From Chara braunii (taxonomy: Eukaryota; Plantae; Charophyceae), in assembly GCA_003427395.1 (NCBI GenBank), contig BFEA01000002.1, forward strand, positions 7,722,861-7,785,713: a stretch of 62,853 bases of DNA, read 5' to 3'. Made by a program: the position numbers and the translations under genes. Below, piece after piece: positions 47,546 through 58,789 of the stretch (positions are counted from its first letter, which is position 1; every line of letters starts with the position of its first letter). Under the pieces are notes generated by a model. That model was given only the letters and a program-made list of their open reading frames with translations, was not told the origin of the DNA and did not search any database.

Positions 47546-50500
47546 ATGAGTGGTTCGGATTTCCCCTCGGTTTCTTCCTCGGGCTCAGAGAAGGGGAGTT
47601 CACCGTTTTCAGTTAATCTCAGGACAGTCACGCTACAAGAGGCCACGACCGTTACCTCAGCATGTGTGGGTCATCTAACAAGCTCGCAGCAACTGCAACT
47701 GTTATGCATCCGAGGAGACGTCACGATAATGGTGTGGGAGGAAGCGGAAGAGCAAGAGGAGGAAGAGGAGGAGGAGGAGGAGGAGGAGGAGGAGGAGGGA
47801 GAGGAAGGATTGAAGGCGAACACTGGGTCTGCTGCTGGTCATAAACCTCAGAGCACGCGAGACAAATCAAGCGGAGCAGAGGACGAGGGAGAGAGAGTCC
47901 GTCGATCTCCAGCCAGTGGATTCTCCAGACCAATGGCTAGAGATCGCTGGAGGGAGAATGGGCGGTTACTTAAGTGGGTAAGGGATATAGACTTCCACGA
48001 GGGTCGGTCTTTTGCCGAAAAGCCCCCGTCTTTAAGGGTCCTCTACTGCGATCTGCTGCCAGTTGATTGTCTTCACCAGACCGACAGCGCGCCAGCAGCA
48101 GCCTTAGACCTTCTGCTCTTGCTTTCTTCTAATCGGACGGTCTCTGTCCACCGGTGGCAACCATCAATCGCTGAGCTTGTGTGTCTTTGGTCGCTAGTTC
48201 TTCAACCCCCTCCATCTACTGCACCCTCTCCACGAGCAAGCGATCCCCTCCCTCCTTCCCCTCCTTCCTCCCTAATGGTGTCTGCTGCCGCGAGTTCCTC
48301 CTCATCACAGCCTCATCAAGGCGGCTGTCCCGGTGTGCAAGGTGGTAATAGGAATCGGACAGGAGGAGGAGGAGGAGGAGGACAGGTGGCAAGTGGTCGT
48401 GAACACGTGGCGGCGTGCAGAGTCGCCACGTGTCTTATCTCCTGTGGCCAAGTCCGCCGTGGCGTGGGGCAGCCGCAGAGAGAAGTGCAACCTCAGGACG
48501 CCAAAGTGGCACGGGAAGATCGGCTGCTGAATCCCGAGGAGGCTCCACTGCTGCAAGAAAACGACAAACAAGGACCCGGTCATCGCCGATCCCGGTGGGG
48601 CTATCCCGACCAGGTGACTGCAGAAAGGAGGTTGCTGATGGCATTATCCTTTGAAGATGAGGGTGGGTGCCACGTGTTATCTGTCAATTTGAGGAGAGAG
48701 GAAGGAGGTGGTGCGCTGACCAAGGAACAACGTGGTAAGGAGGGTGAATGTGATGAGCAAGGTGGAGGAGCGACGAAGGAGGAAGTACACCATTGTAGCG
48801 TAGTCTATCTCGAGACCGCGCAGTTGACCCAGAGCGGTGTTGGCGACCCAAGAAAACATCTTGATGGAGGTCTATTCAGGGAAATGGATACATCTATAAT
48901 CGATCTCGTGATTGTGGGAGCGAGGACGGTGGGAGGAAAACGCGGAGCGGAGGTGTGGGGCGGAGGCACAGCTGCAGGAGGAACCAGGGAAATCAGGGAT
49001 GGAGAAAGGGTTGTTGGTGAACAAATAGAAGTAGCGTTACAAAGAGGAGGACCTAGGGGAGCTAAATTAGAGGTGCGACAACAAGGAGGAGGAGGAGGAG
49101 GAGGAGGAGGAGGTCAAGCAAAAGTAGGAAGAGGAGGAGGAGATAGAGCAGAAGTGGGTGGAGGAGGGTGGAGGGGAGGACGAGGAGTAGAAACAGGAGG
49201 AGGAGGAGGAGGAGGAGGAGGAGGAGAGTACGTAAGGAGCGGGCAAGTCGCTGAAGGAAGGAAAAAAGATGAGGGGACCGGAGGAAGGGTAGAAGGAGGA
49301 GAAGGAGGAGGAGAAGGAGGAGGGAGGAAGATAGACATTAAGGGAAGGGAGGTGATTGGCATTCTGTATGCAGAAGAGGGACTGGACTACCGTCTTGTGC
49401 ATGTGGTCACCGTTAGAGTGGGTGTTAGCAGGGGACTGGTAACGGAAGGACCGTTTAGAATGACTAACCTCCACCCAACTACCACTCTCCTTGTTCCTTG
49501 TCCGGATTGGGTAGGTGTAAGGAGTAGTTTGGATCCTAAGTTGCCCAAGGGGTCTGCCGAGTTCTCCGCATCAGGTGCTAACCCCCCGGATGAGCACCAG
49601 AAATGGGATGGCAGGGGCTGGAATCCGGTAAGAAGGGCACGAGGGGGGGTTCTTGCTATATCCAGTGAAGAATTGGTATTCATCAATGGTGTGAAGGAAG
49701 AGACTCACCTGGTCGTGGTTTCGATGCCGGGCCTGCCTGCCTGTTGGGAGTGGGCAAGCTTCAGGACGCTGCTGATCGGCGACACACTAGGGTGTCTTCA
49801 TCTGGTGCAAATGGGGCGAGAGGAGGGAGGGTGGACTGTCCGGCGCTTCCCTTCCTCATTGTCACCATCTTCCTCCCCTGAGGTTTTGTCAGTTCTTCCT
49901 TTGACTCGTTATCGACTAACGAAGTCCTCAACTCCTGCTTTTACTCTTGTTCCTCCTCCTCCTGCTGCCCATCCTCCTCCTCCTCCTCCTCCTCCTCCTC
50001 CTCCTCCTCCTCCCTCCTCAGGAAGAACGACATCGAGTCATCAGATGTCCCATACGCCAACGTCATCGTATGCAGTCCGTCGATCTTGCAGGTCTGCTCC
50101 CTGCCGAGACTGCGGCAAAGAGAGAGGGAGTGAGCGTATGGTGTTGTTCACCGGTAGCTATTTTGGAAGCTCGCAAGCTCTGTGTTTTCTCGCTCCATGC
50201 AACCACTGCGGAGACATGATCTGCTCTTTAGATGATCACCATAGCCTGAGCTGTAGTGGCGATGGTGTGGAGATGGAGGGGAAGGAGAGTCCAGCTCGCA
50301 CTTTGAGGGAGAGGGTAACCCCGACCGGCCTTCGAAATCGGACAGGAGTCGTGAATGTGAATAGGGATCTCCTACCTCGTTGTCCCAGCAGGGAAAGATC
50401 CCTAGGAAGCAGAGGGAATCGAGTGAAGCAGGGGAGAGGAGGGGAGGAAGGTGGGGCGGTACCTAGTATCGAGAGGGAAGACGAGTCTCTGCTACTCGTG

Positions 50501-53500
50501 CAAGAGCTCGTTGAAGGAACAGGAGGGGTCAGATGCGTAGCAACCCTTGATTTGATCGATGACGGGGTGGATGGAGGGGGTTTAGGAAGCGAACGCCAGC
50601 TGCTAGTTGGCTGTGGTAGAGCCCCTCGGGGGATGGTGAAGAGGGGTTTCCTGGGGGTTGCGCTCCGCGAGCGGCGGTGTCATTACATAGCTCACTGCGG
50701 CCAGAAGTGGATGACGTCAAGGATAAATGGTTTTCCGTCTCTGGTGAAGTCCTTCAAAGAGAACCAGGAGAGTGAGTTCCACACGCACGTGCTTCTGTCC
50801 TTTGGGACATATCCCGGCAGTCCCGGGTTTCCCCCCTTTCTTCCGGGTAACGGTCGTACTCAGGTTCTGGTTATCAGAGGGCGAACAGTAGAGGATACGA
50901 AGATAAATGGCTTTGAGGAATGTTGTAGCACACTTGCTGTGGGGCCTGCACCTGGTGGGTGGATCATACAAGTCACGGACACTTGTATTCGAGTCGTTTC
51001 TCAAGCTCGCGGCCTGGTCGGTGTATGGTCTCCTCCGTCCTCATCATCGTCGCTATCCCGACCTGCACCTGCTTCAACCTCGGCCAAGAATTCCTTCAAC
51101 TCCTCGTCCGCGGGCCCGTCGTCATCGCCATCGCTATCCAGACCAACTTCATCCTCTAAGACGACTTCTTCCCTCTTTCCCCACACTTCTTCCTCCAAAA
51201 CTGCTTCTTCTTCTTCTTCTTCTTCTTCTTCTTCTTCGTCGACGTTGTCATCGTCATCGCAGTCAAAGCCGCATTCAGGTGGTGATAGACTGAGAGGGAG
51301 CAATGAGACTCAGAAGGGGAGCAGCTTAAGAGCAGAGAGAGAGAGCGGAGTGCTGAGAGGAGGGAAAGTGGAAAGAGTAATAACAAGTGAGGACAAGGCA
51401 GGATCAGTTCTGTTTGCTGATGTGGATGGGTGCAGAGTAGTGGTGGCCACGACATGTGTCATATTTGCTGTGGGGATAGACGAGCTCACAGGGACCGCAA
51501 CTGCTCTGGGAACGACAGAGCGTTCCCAGCAAGTGTCCGCCATAGCGCTGGGGCAAGTTATGGTAGAGCCGCATGCATCTGCCTGTGCAGGTGGCAGATC
51601 ACCTGGTGTCATTCGCACGACTAGTAATAGCGAGGACCTCAAGGACCTTGACAAAAGGAATGTAGAGGAGGCAGCGAACCGTTCTGACGTGAGTTGTAAT
51701 CGTAATGGGGCAGTGATGATGGTTCTCCTCGGGCAGTGGACAACAAATACCGCTCACGTTTTGACGTGGCCAAGTCTGGTGGAGACGGTTGCAGTCTCTC
51801 TAGGATCTGCTCCTGCAAGGTCTCTGCTTTCTGCTCGGCTGGGAGGATCCGACTATCTGTTTGTGGGTACCGGTGATGGGCGAGTGGTGTACTATGAGCT
51901 GCACTGCCACAACTTTTCTGAGAGCAATCGAGCAGGAAGAGACTCTGAGCACGATGTTAGCAAAGCCACCTCACACTGTGAAGTTCAGGCATGTAATCCA
52001 AAGTCAAGAAGATGGGCAGCAGCACAGGGGAGCAATTCGAATCGGGCACAGGGTTGGGCGGTGGAGGTGGTCGAGGTTGCTGTATCAGGAGGAGGAGATA
52101 GAGGAGGAGGAGGAGAAGGAGGAGGAGGAGAAGGAGGAAGAGGAGGAGGAGAAGGACATTATGCAGAGAAACCGTGGGAGGAGAGGGAGAAAGCGTGTGG
52201 AACACAGGCTGAAGCTTGTGGTCGATACGATCTAACGGCTGGAAGTATTGGATCGACAGGAAAGAAAGAAATTCTCAGCAAATTTTGTTTGCGAGAAGGT
52301 CGAGCTATGAGGGTCGGAGATGGCGAGGTGCGTCTTGAGAAAGGAAGAAGAAGAGGAAGAAGAGGAAGAAGAGGAAGAAGAGTAAGAAGAGAGAATAGTG
52401 CACGAACTCATGGGCTACTTGCGGGCATCTTGCCTTCTGGGGTGATGACGTCAACACAGTTGATAGGGAACGATCTTGAAGAGGAAGGGAACGAACAGGG
52501 ATATGGGGAGAGTCGTCATCTACTGGCAGAAGAGGAGTGGATTTATGCACATGACGGTCAGTTTGCAGATGTCCTCTTTTTGCAAGGCCCAGGGCACTCG
52601 GGACCGAGGGCCTTTCGCGTTCAGAGGACCGACGTCGGAACAGGGCCCAGGGCAGTGTCGTGGACCAACTCCCCAGAGTTGCACGACTCTTTGTTATGTG
52701 TCTCTCTTGATGGGCACATCAGCTTCGCCCAGGTTGATCTCTCTGTACGCCTCAGATGGCAGAAGACACTAGTGAAAGGCACTCCTTGCCAAATGGCTTA
52801 TCATACAGATACCGGAGTCATAGCCATAACCACCGTGGATGAGGAGGGTGGAGCTTGTCTTCAACTCCTTGATATTCGGTCGTTGAATGAAGTAGCCGTG
52901 CTGCGCCTTGGTGCCCAGCATCACCCCTGTGCTTTGCAGGTTCTGCCCCTGGCCTGTTCCTCGAAACTTCGTCAGCCTGACAGAGGGCAGAGTCGAAGCA
53001 GGCAGTTTTTGGTGATGTCATCACACATTGTCACCGATTCTTCCCAAGCTTCCCTTCACAAAACCGCAACGAATGTGCTTTCATTCTTCGAAATCGTCAG
53101 AAGAGCCCAGATGGTATCAAACAGAGAGGATGGAGAGCAAGGGGTCTGCTTGCTCCTACATGGGACATATCCACTGGACGGCTTGTGCTGCAGCCTGGAC
53201 CAGATTCTGTTCCCAGGTCCTGCACCAGGTCCAAATCATCACCAGGGGTTCCCGTGTGGGGGTGGATCTGGAACAAAGTCGATCCGAGGGCCATTGGATG
53301 GTGTGGGTATTCAGCAGGTGGATGGAGCTCACGTTCCCTGCTGCGACCTCGACCTACATGTTCATCACCAGCAAGAACTACTTCCCGTACAAAACACCGA
53401 GGAGACAAGACACCCACCATTGTTGTCGTCAAGCCCTGTGACCAGTGGAGTTGGCACCTCCCAGCCTCTCCTCACTGATCCGAACGAGACAGGGGAAGAA

Positions 53501-55960
53501 GAGGAGGAGGGGGAGGGGGAGGAGGAGGGAGGGGCAGTTATGTGTGTGAGAGAGAGCCACCAGCAGCGACTCAGGCGTTTCCGAGCAATGCTTGGCCAGG
53601 GATGGGCGTTGGAAAATGACATTGTCTTTGCCACCAATCAGGGCTGGCAGGCATTTATGGAAGAAGCTCCTGGGTTGTCGTCGGAGTTCAGACTGCTGGT
53701 TGCTGGTTGCTGTGGGTCTATTTGTGTTTTCTGGGTGTTTATCGACGATACAGGCGATGCAAGACTGGCTATGGAGGTTTCCTCTGCTATAGATGCTGCC
53801 ATGGAGCCATATTTCGCTGCCTTAATGGCGGATGAGGATTCCCTGCCTGCCCAACGGTTGCTCTTGTCAAGTCGCAGAGCCAACCTCTGTTGCCATGACC
53901 AGAGATCAGAAGACGAAGCAAAGTTTGAGAAGGACGATACAGATGACGAGCAAGAGGAAGAAGAGGATGACGATGAGGGTGATGAGGACGACGAGGAAGA
54001 TGGTGACGATGCGTATAATGAGGAGAGGGAGAAGGAATTGTTTGACGGGAACAGGTATCGGGGAGGTAGATGCGGATCCAGAGAGCAGAAGATGCAGAGC
54101 CGCCACTTGGGCCCAAGAACGTTGTCTTGCACTGGTCCCGGTACTCATAAATGGGGCAATCTGGTTACTGATGGGAATACAGATGTACAGGGCCAAGGAG
54201 AAACAGTGCCATCCTATGAAGTAGGACAGCAAGAGGAAAGGAGGAGGAGGAGGAGGAGGAGGAGGAGGATCCAAAGCTCTGATAGTAGTGAGGGCAGGGA
54301 AAGTCCCTCAGGTTTCCGGGATGGATGGGTAGGTCCACCCACGGTGACAGTGATGTCAAGGGAGGCTGGCTCAGCAGCCTCCACTTCAGCCCCGCTCCAC
54401 AGCAATGGGGTAGGAGAGGAGGAAAGCTTTAGCAGCAGGCTAGAGCAGCAGCCAGGCCATGGATTGAGAACAGGGTCCACATTGCAAAAGGGACGAGTTC
54501 TAGTTCAGAAGGTGGCTTGTGCTCCAACCCCGAACCTTGGCCTCGTGGTGGACATATCCTCTTTCGGGAGCACCATAGCTGCAGTGGAGATTCTCCAGTC
54601 GTTTGCAGTCTATGAGCTGGACATTCAGCAGCACACCAATTGCCGACAAATGACGACAGAAGCAGATTTATATCCTGTCTTGCAGGACAATCACTGGGCC
54701 ATCGCACCTCATTGCATACTCTCTCTCTCCCCATCGCTTTTCCTGGCAGCTGCACACCTTTCCGGTGTGCTGCTGCTTGAACGGAATAAAACCCGGGAGT
54801 TATGCAGGCACCCGCAAAGGGCCACGGCAGAGGGAGGGGAAACCGACGAGCTTGGGCGGGTCAGGGCAGTTGTCAATGAGGTAAGACGAGCGAGTCATCC
54901 AGGTGGACTTCAACGACATGAAGCGAGCGAACACAGCAGCAGCAGCAGCAGCACCTTGGGTAGCGAAAGATCAAGGCTCCCAGCGGCAGCGGATGTGAAC
55001 CGCCAGTCTGTGGAACAGGAACTGTTGGGACAACCTGGAACTGTGCCTGGACCAGGGAACCAAAGAGGAACACAAGCGGGACCAGCAGGCACGAGCACAA
55101 CACCCGTAGCAGGACCACAGGCAACATCTTCAGCCGCGGTGAATGGACAGTTCGTGGAACACGGCGTTGTCAGTTTTGAAAGAACCAGACCTAGACCTGG
55201 GAGTGAAACAGGGACAGAAAGAGGACCAGCAGCCGTCGTACAAGGGCGAAATGCTGTACCCACGAGATCAGCTGTCCGTATGGCCACTGTGGTCGATGAG
55301 AGATTGCCGGAACGGGCAGCAGCAGGGGAGTATGCGGAACCAGAGCCGGGACCAAGAGATCGGGAGGGAACACAGAGAAGGCACGGACCAGGTGGAGGAA
55401 TATTTGGCAGAGTATCGACAGAATCTGGGTCTGGCACACAAAAGGACTCTCTTCAAGGTCTCTCTCTGTTGGCTGCATGTCAGTTGCCCGCAGCCATTGC
55501 AGGTTTTACGAAAGGTCCCCTGGGCATACATCCGAGGAGGATTGCAGCGCCAGAGCATCAAATTGAATGTGCTGTAAAGGGCCATGTTCGTGACAGCCAT
55601 ATTGAGAGCCCAGTAGGCTCAGCCGAGTCAAATCTGAGGGAGATGGTGTCATCTACCCCCAAGTACCAGAAGCCACAGAATTGTGGCGAACCGCAGCCGC
55701 AGAATGGGGGCAGTGCACTATTGCGAGGACCAGCGACAGGCTCTGTCATAAACTCCCTTGCTTCTGGTTACATCCAAACGACAAACACTGACAACAAGAA
55801 TCTTCCAGAGAAATCCAGTCGCCAGCGGCGTTGCTCCTCCTCCGAGTTTTTGTGCTATGAACCAGAAAATTGTGTAGTATTTGTGACCTGCACCGGTCAG
55901 GTTGGGTATTTAACGTTTGATTCCGGATCCTCCACATCCATTGCCCCTCCTTCTGTGTAG
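47546..55960 (+). CDS. Divergent DDB1-like (DDB1/CPSF160/SF3B3 family) triple beta-propeller protein, 2804 aa, single ORF
   Basis: Colinear DDB1-like blocks: TVTSACVGHLTS; EGPFRMTNLHPTTTLLVPCP..GGVLAISSEELVF; LLIGDTLGCLHLV; LFTGSYFGSSQ; QLLVGCGRAPRGMVKRGFLGV; DTKINGFE..IIQVTDTCIRVVS; LGQWT..ARSLLSARLGGSDYLFVGTGDGRV; NSPELHDSLL; VVFVTCTGQVGYL, separated by low-complexity inserts. Confidence 0.85.
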   Translation: MSGSDFPSVSSSGSEKGSSPFSVNLRTVTLQEATTVTSACVGHLTSSQQLQLLCIRGDVTIMVWEEAEEQEEEEEEEEEEEEEEGEEGLKANTGSAAGHKPQSTRDKSSGAEDEGERVRRSPASGFSRPMARDRWRENGRLLKWVRDIDFHEGRSFAEKPPSLRVLYCDLLPVDCLHQTDSAPAAALDLLLLLSSNRTVSVHRWQPSIAELVCLWSLVLQPPPSTAPSPRASDPLPPSPPSSLMVSAAASSSSSQPHQGGCPGVQGGNRNRTGGGGGGGQVASGREHVAACRVATCLISCGQVRRGVGQPQREVQPQDAKVAREDRLLNPEEAPLLQENDKQGPGHRRSRWGYPDQVTAERRLLMALSFEDEGGCHVLSVNLRREEGGGALTKEQRGKEGECDEQGGGATKEEVHHCSVVYLETAQLTQSGVGDPRKHLDGGLFREMDTSIIDLVIVGARTVGGKRGAEVWGGGTAAGGTREIRDGERVVGEQIEVALQRGGPRGAKLEVRQQGGGGGGGGGGQAKVGRGGGDRAEVGGGGWRGGRGVETGGGGGGGGGGEYVRSGQVAEGRKKDEGTGGRVEGGEGGGEGGGRKIDIKGREVIGILYAEEGLDYRLVHVVTVRVGVSRGLVTEGPFRMTNLHPTTTLLVPCPDWVGVRSSLDPKLPKGSAEFSASGANPPDEHQKWDGRGWNPVRRARGGVLAISSEELVFINGVKEETHLVVVSMPGLPACWEWASFRTLLIGDTLGCLHLVQMGREEGGWTVRRFPSSLSPSSSPEVLSVLPLTRYRLTKSSTPAFTLVPPPPAAHPPPPPPPPPPPPPPSSGRTTSSHQMSHTPTSSYAVRRSCRSAPCRDCGKERGSERMVLFTGSYFGSSQALCFLAPCNHCGDMICSLDDHHSLSCSGDGVEMEGKESPARTLRERVTPTGLRNRTGVVNVNRDLLPRCPSRERSLGSRGNRVKQGRGGEEGGAVPSIEREDESLLLVQELVEGTGGVRCVATLDLIDDGVDGGGLGSERQLLVGCGRAPRGMVKRGFLGVALRERRCHYIAHCGQKWMTSRINGFPSLVKSFKENQESEFHTHVLLSFGTYPGSPGFPPFLPGNGRTQVLVIRGRTVEDTKINGFEECCSTLAVGPAPGGWIIQVTDTCIRVVSQARGLVGVWSPPSSSSSLSRPAPASTSAKNSFNSSSAGPSSSPSLSRPTSSSKTTSSLFPHTSSSKTASSSSSSSSSSSSTLSSSSQSKPHSGGDRLRGSNETQKGSSLRAERESGVLRGGKVERVITSEDKAGSVLFADVDGCRVVVATTCVIFAVGIDELTGTATALGTTERSQQVSAIALGQVMVEPHASACAGGRSPGVIRTTSNSEDLKDLDKRNVEEAANRSDVSCNRNGAVMMVLLGQWTTNTAHVLTWPSLVETVAVSLGSAPARSLLSARLGGSDYLFVGTGDGRVVYYELHCHNFSESNRAGRDSEHDVSKATSHCEVQACNPKSRRWAAAQGSNSNRAQGWAVEVVEVAVSGGGDRGGGGEGGGGEGGRGGGEGHYAEKPWEEREKACGTQAEACGRYDLTAGSIGSTGKKEILSKFCLREGRAMRVGDGEVRLEKGRRRGRRGRRGRRVRRENSARTHGLLAGILPSGVMTSTQLIGNDLEEEGNEQGYGESRHLLAEEEWIYAHDGQFADVLFLQGPGHSGPRAFRVQRTDVGTGPRAVSWTNSPELHDSLLCVSLDGHISFAQVDLSVRLRWQKTLVKGTPCQMAYHTDTGVIAITTVDEEGGACLQLLDIRSLNEVAVLRLGAQHHPCALQVLPLACSSKLRQPDRGQSRSRQFLVMSSHIVTDSSQASLHKTATNVLSFFEIVRRAQMVSNREDGEQGVCLLLHGTYPLDGLCCSLDQILFPGPAPGPNHHQGFPCGGGSGTKSIRGPLDGVGIQQVDGAHVPCCDLDLHVHHQQELLPVQNTEETRHPPLLSSSPVTSGVGTSQPLLTDPNETGEEEEEGEGEEEGGAVMCVRESHQQRLRRFRAMLGQGWALENDIVFATNQGWQAFMEEAPGLSSEFRLLVAGCCGSICVFWVFIDDTGDARLAMEVSSAIDAAMEPYFAALMADEDSLPAQRLLLSSRRANLCCHDQRSEDEAKFEKDDTDDEQEEEEDDDEGDEDDEEDGDDAYNEEREKELFDGNRYRGGRCGSREQKMQSRHLGPRTLSCTGPGTHKWGNLVTDGNTDVQGQGETVPSYEVGQQEERRRRRRRRRRIQSSDSSEGRESPSGFRDGWVGPPTVTVMSREAGSAASTSAPLHSNGVGEEESFSSRLEQQPGHGLRTGSTLQKGRVLVQKVACAPTPNLGLVVDISSFGSTIAAVEILQSFAVYELDIQQHTNCRQMTTEADLYPVLQDNHWAIAPHCILSLSPSLFLAAAHLSGVLLLERNKTRELCRHPQRATAEGGETDELGRVRAVVNEVRRASHPGGLQRHEASEHSSSSSSTLGSERSRLPAAADVNRQSVEQELLGQPGTVPGPGNQRGTQAGPAGTSTTPVAGPQATSSAAVNGQFVEHGVVSFERTRPRPGSETGTERGPAAVVQGRNAVPTRSAVRMATVVDERLPERAAAGEYAEPEPGPRDREGTQRRHGPGGGIFGRVSTESGSGTQKDSLQGLSLLAACQLPAAIAGFTKGPLGIHPRRIAAPEHQIECAVKGHVRDSHIESPVGSAESNLREMVSSTPKYQKPQNCGEPQPQNGGSALLRGPATGSVINSLASGYIQTTNTDNKNLPEKSSRQRRCSSSEFLCYEPENCVVFVTCTGQVGYLTFDSGSSTSIAPPSV

Positions 55961-56400
55961 TTTGGGGGTGCTGTGAGCCGGAAAATTGTGTAGTATTTAT
56001 CACCTGCAGGGGTCAGGTGGGGTATACTCTGTACAGTGTACACTGCCTGCAGAAGCTGGCAGCAGCTGGCAGGTCAAGGTTGCAAGGAAAAGCTTGTGCT
56101 TGACAGCAAAGCATGGAAATGAGGGATAGGAGGAGGATAAATGGGCGATCCTGGGTAAGGACAGAGGAGAAAGAAGTTGAAACAGGAGCGGACTGATTCG
56201 CAAAGCAACACTGTGGGCCTGTGACTCCCGCCGTACAACGTACGAGGGAGCACTCATACGGCCGTACGAACGGTTGTTCATAGGGTCGTACGGCCGTTCG
56301 NNNNNNNNNNNNNNNNNNNNNNNNNNNNNNNNNNNNNNNNNNNNNNNNNNNNNNNNNNNNNNNNNNNNNNNNNNNNNTGGTGCGGGGGGGGGTGGAGGCG

Positions 56401-56431
<31 letters not shown>

Positions 56432-58699
56432 GGGCAATATGGAAGGAAAGATGCAGCCAGACGCCTGGCAACACCAAGAACCCACATGACAAAGTCTGGA
56501 TCCCAAGAGCTTATGATTGAGGCGGAAACCCTGTGTCAATGTCGAAGAGTCAAAAGGTGCAATTCAAAGCTACCCTGGCACTGAACAGGTACGGTTGGCG
56601 ATTTTCAAAAGCATCTAGTTAGCCATTGGCAAAGTGGCTGACATCCATGATATGAGGCTGAGGTGGAGGGACTGGCATAACTCAGATACAGCACAGGGGA
56701 GGCAGAACAGTCTAAAGGGAGAGATCTCAGAACCCCACGCGATGTTGATGGTCAAGACTCAAAAGTGAAGTCGACAACCACCACCGATGAGGCAGAAGAA
56801 ATGGGTGACAACGTCGATCTAAGGCAGACACATGTTATGTACCCGATCGAACTTCAATCCACAGTGAATTCACACGTTCCCATTCACGCATGCAATTGCA
56901 GAGTAGACTCGAAGGAGGCAAATCCACACAAAACCGGAGAGAAGAAGATATGCACAGCGGAAGCTCAATTACACACACAGAATTGAAAAACGGATTTCAA
57001 TTCTTATTGATTCCCCGTCCTCCTCCAATCGATCAAGAGTACTTTTTTCCAAGAATCACAACCGCATTGTCAATAACCCCGAACAACTACACACAAATGT
57101 TCAACGGAATTACACGGAGTCTTGTTCGTTCTTCCTCCTTGCCACCTTCAAACCCCGGCTATGGCTGCCGTAGCACCAGAATCCCCAAGCTAATAGCTAT
57201 CACCCCCTGGCCTATCTGAACTAACAACCCTCAACAGTGGCAGCGCCAGCTCAGAACCAGCCTGGGAGTGCAGTGTTTGAACTCTTGATGAAGAAGAAGA
57301 CCGATCGAGTACTTCGAAGAAGATGAAGTTCCTCATGAGGAGGAACAGCAGATATGGCCGCCAAATAAAGTATGACGGCAGTGCCCAAACCCAACACAGT
57401 CACCGTGGAAAAAAACTCTCTGCAAACTCTGTGCGATGCTGACCACAGAATAGAGCGGGCACTTCGACTTCAGTTCAGCGACCAGCTATGGCTGTCTCCC
57501 AACGAAGAAGACGACCTGGAGGCAGATAGCGCAGCTGCGCTTCACCAAACAGGCGGGCAGAGTTTCCCCAGCAGTACCAACGTGAAAAAGACCCTACTCA
57601 ATTCGCTCCCGAGCTATTTCTGCACTCAGCCTCTAGACGCCGCGGACCCCCAAGGCAACACCCCAAGACTCCGCTGTGTCTAGATGGAAACAGGGGGGAA
57701 AAGGGACCCCACACCTAGGACAGGGCAAAAGGGAAAATCCCAATGGCCTTAGACTACCGAACAGGGACTACTGGTAACAGATTCCGGGATGAAGCCCAGT
57801 AGGGCTCAAGACCAACCAACAAAACATACAAGTTACAGGTCACGGAATCCATACCCGCAAGGCTCAAAACACGGGGGGGGAAACAAGAAAACAAACACAA
57901 CCAGCCTAACCGTTGCTATACACCCACTGTTACATACAAGTTCATTGCACCCATATGTTGAATGCTCGAACCTTTCTTATGACTCTTGTCTCAAGACTCT
58001 CAAGAAGACAAAACTGGCAAGCTGAGACAGTTAATCCTTCTGAAATATGGAGCAATCTGACACGTAACCTGTCAGACACAAATCTGAGGTTCAGTGTAGG
58101 AACCTGAGGGGAACTCATGAGAGAGGCAAGCTGACAGTTAATCCTTCTGAAATAGGGAGCAAAGAATGCTGTTCAGGGGTAGTTTGGCCGAAAGGAGGGA
58201 AGTGCGATGGTGCAAATGATGATGTATATTTATGACTTGCTGGGGGGGAAGCAACCGGATTGATGCTCCCCAGAATGGATATGGACTACTAAGGAGCCAG
58301 GACCATAAGGGCCTGTTTTGGGGAAAAAAAGGAAAAAAGAAGAACAATAGCGGCAATAGCCTAGAAAGAAAAGAAGGAGAAGAAGAAGAAGAAGAAGAAG
58401 AAGAAGAAGAAGAAGAAGAAGAAGAAGAAGAAGAGCTCACTGGGAACTGGGGTTAGCGTGCCCCACAAGGGCCACAACCAATTCCCAGACAACCATGCCC
58501 CTGTGGTCTGCAGCAATAAAAAAGAAAGAAAGGGAAGAAAAAAATGCAAAATTGCAAAACATGACTTACTGGTGGAGAAGGAACCACACTGATGCTCCCC
58601 AGAATGGACATGGAGCCAGGCCCATGAAGACCTGTTTTCATTGAAGGAAAGAAGAAAGAAAAATTGCAACGCCAAGAGGGTAGGAAGAATTTCAACGAG

Positions 58700-58789
<90 letters not shown>

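Noticed and set aside
47662-55749. Numerous antisense and alternate-frame ORFs inside the DDB1-like gene
   Set aside because: Shadows of GC-rich, trinucleotide-repeat coding sequence
56420-57900. Further DDB1-like exons or a LINE ORF1 remnant
   Set aside because: No recognisable motif; frames broken by stops; cannot support a call
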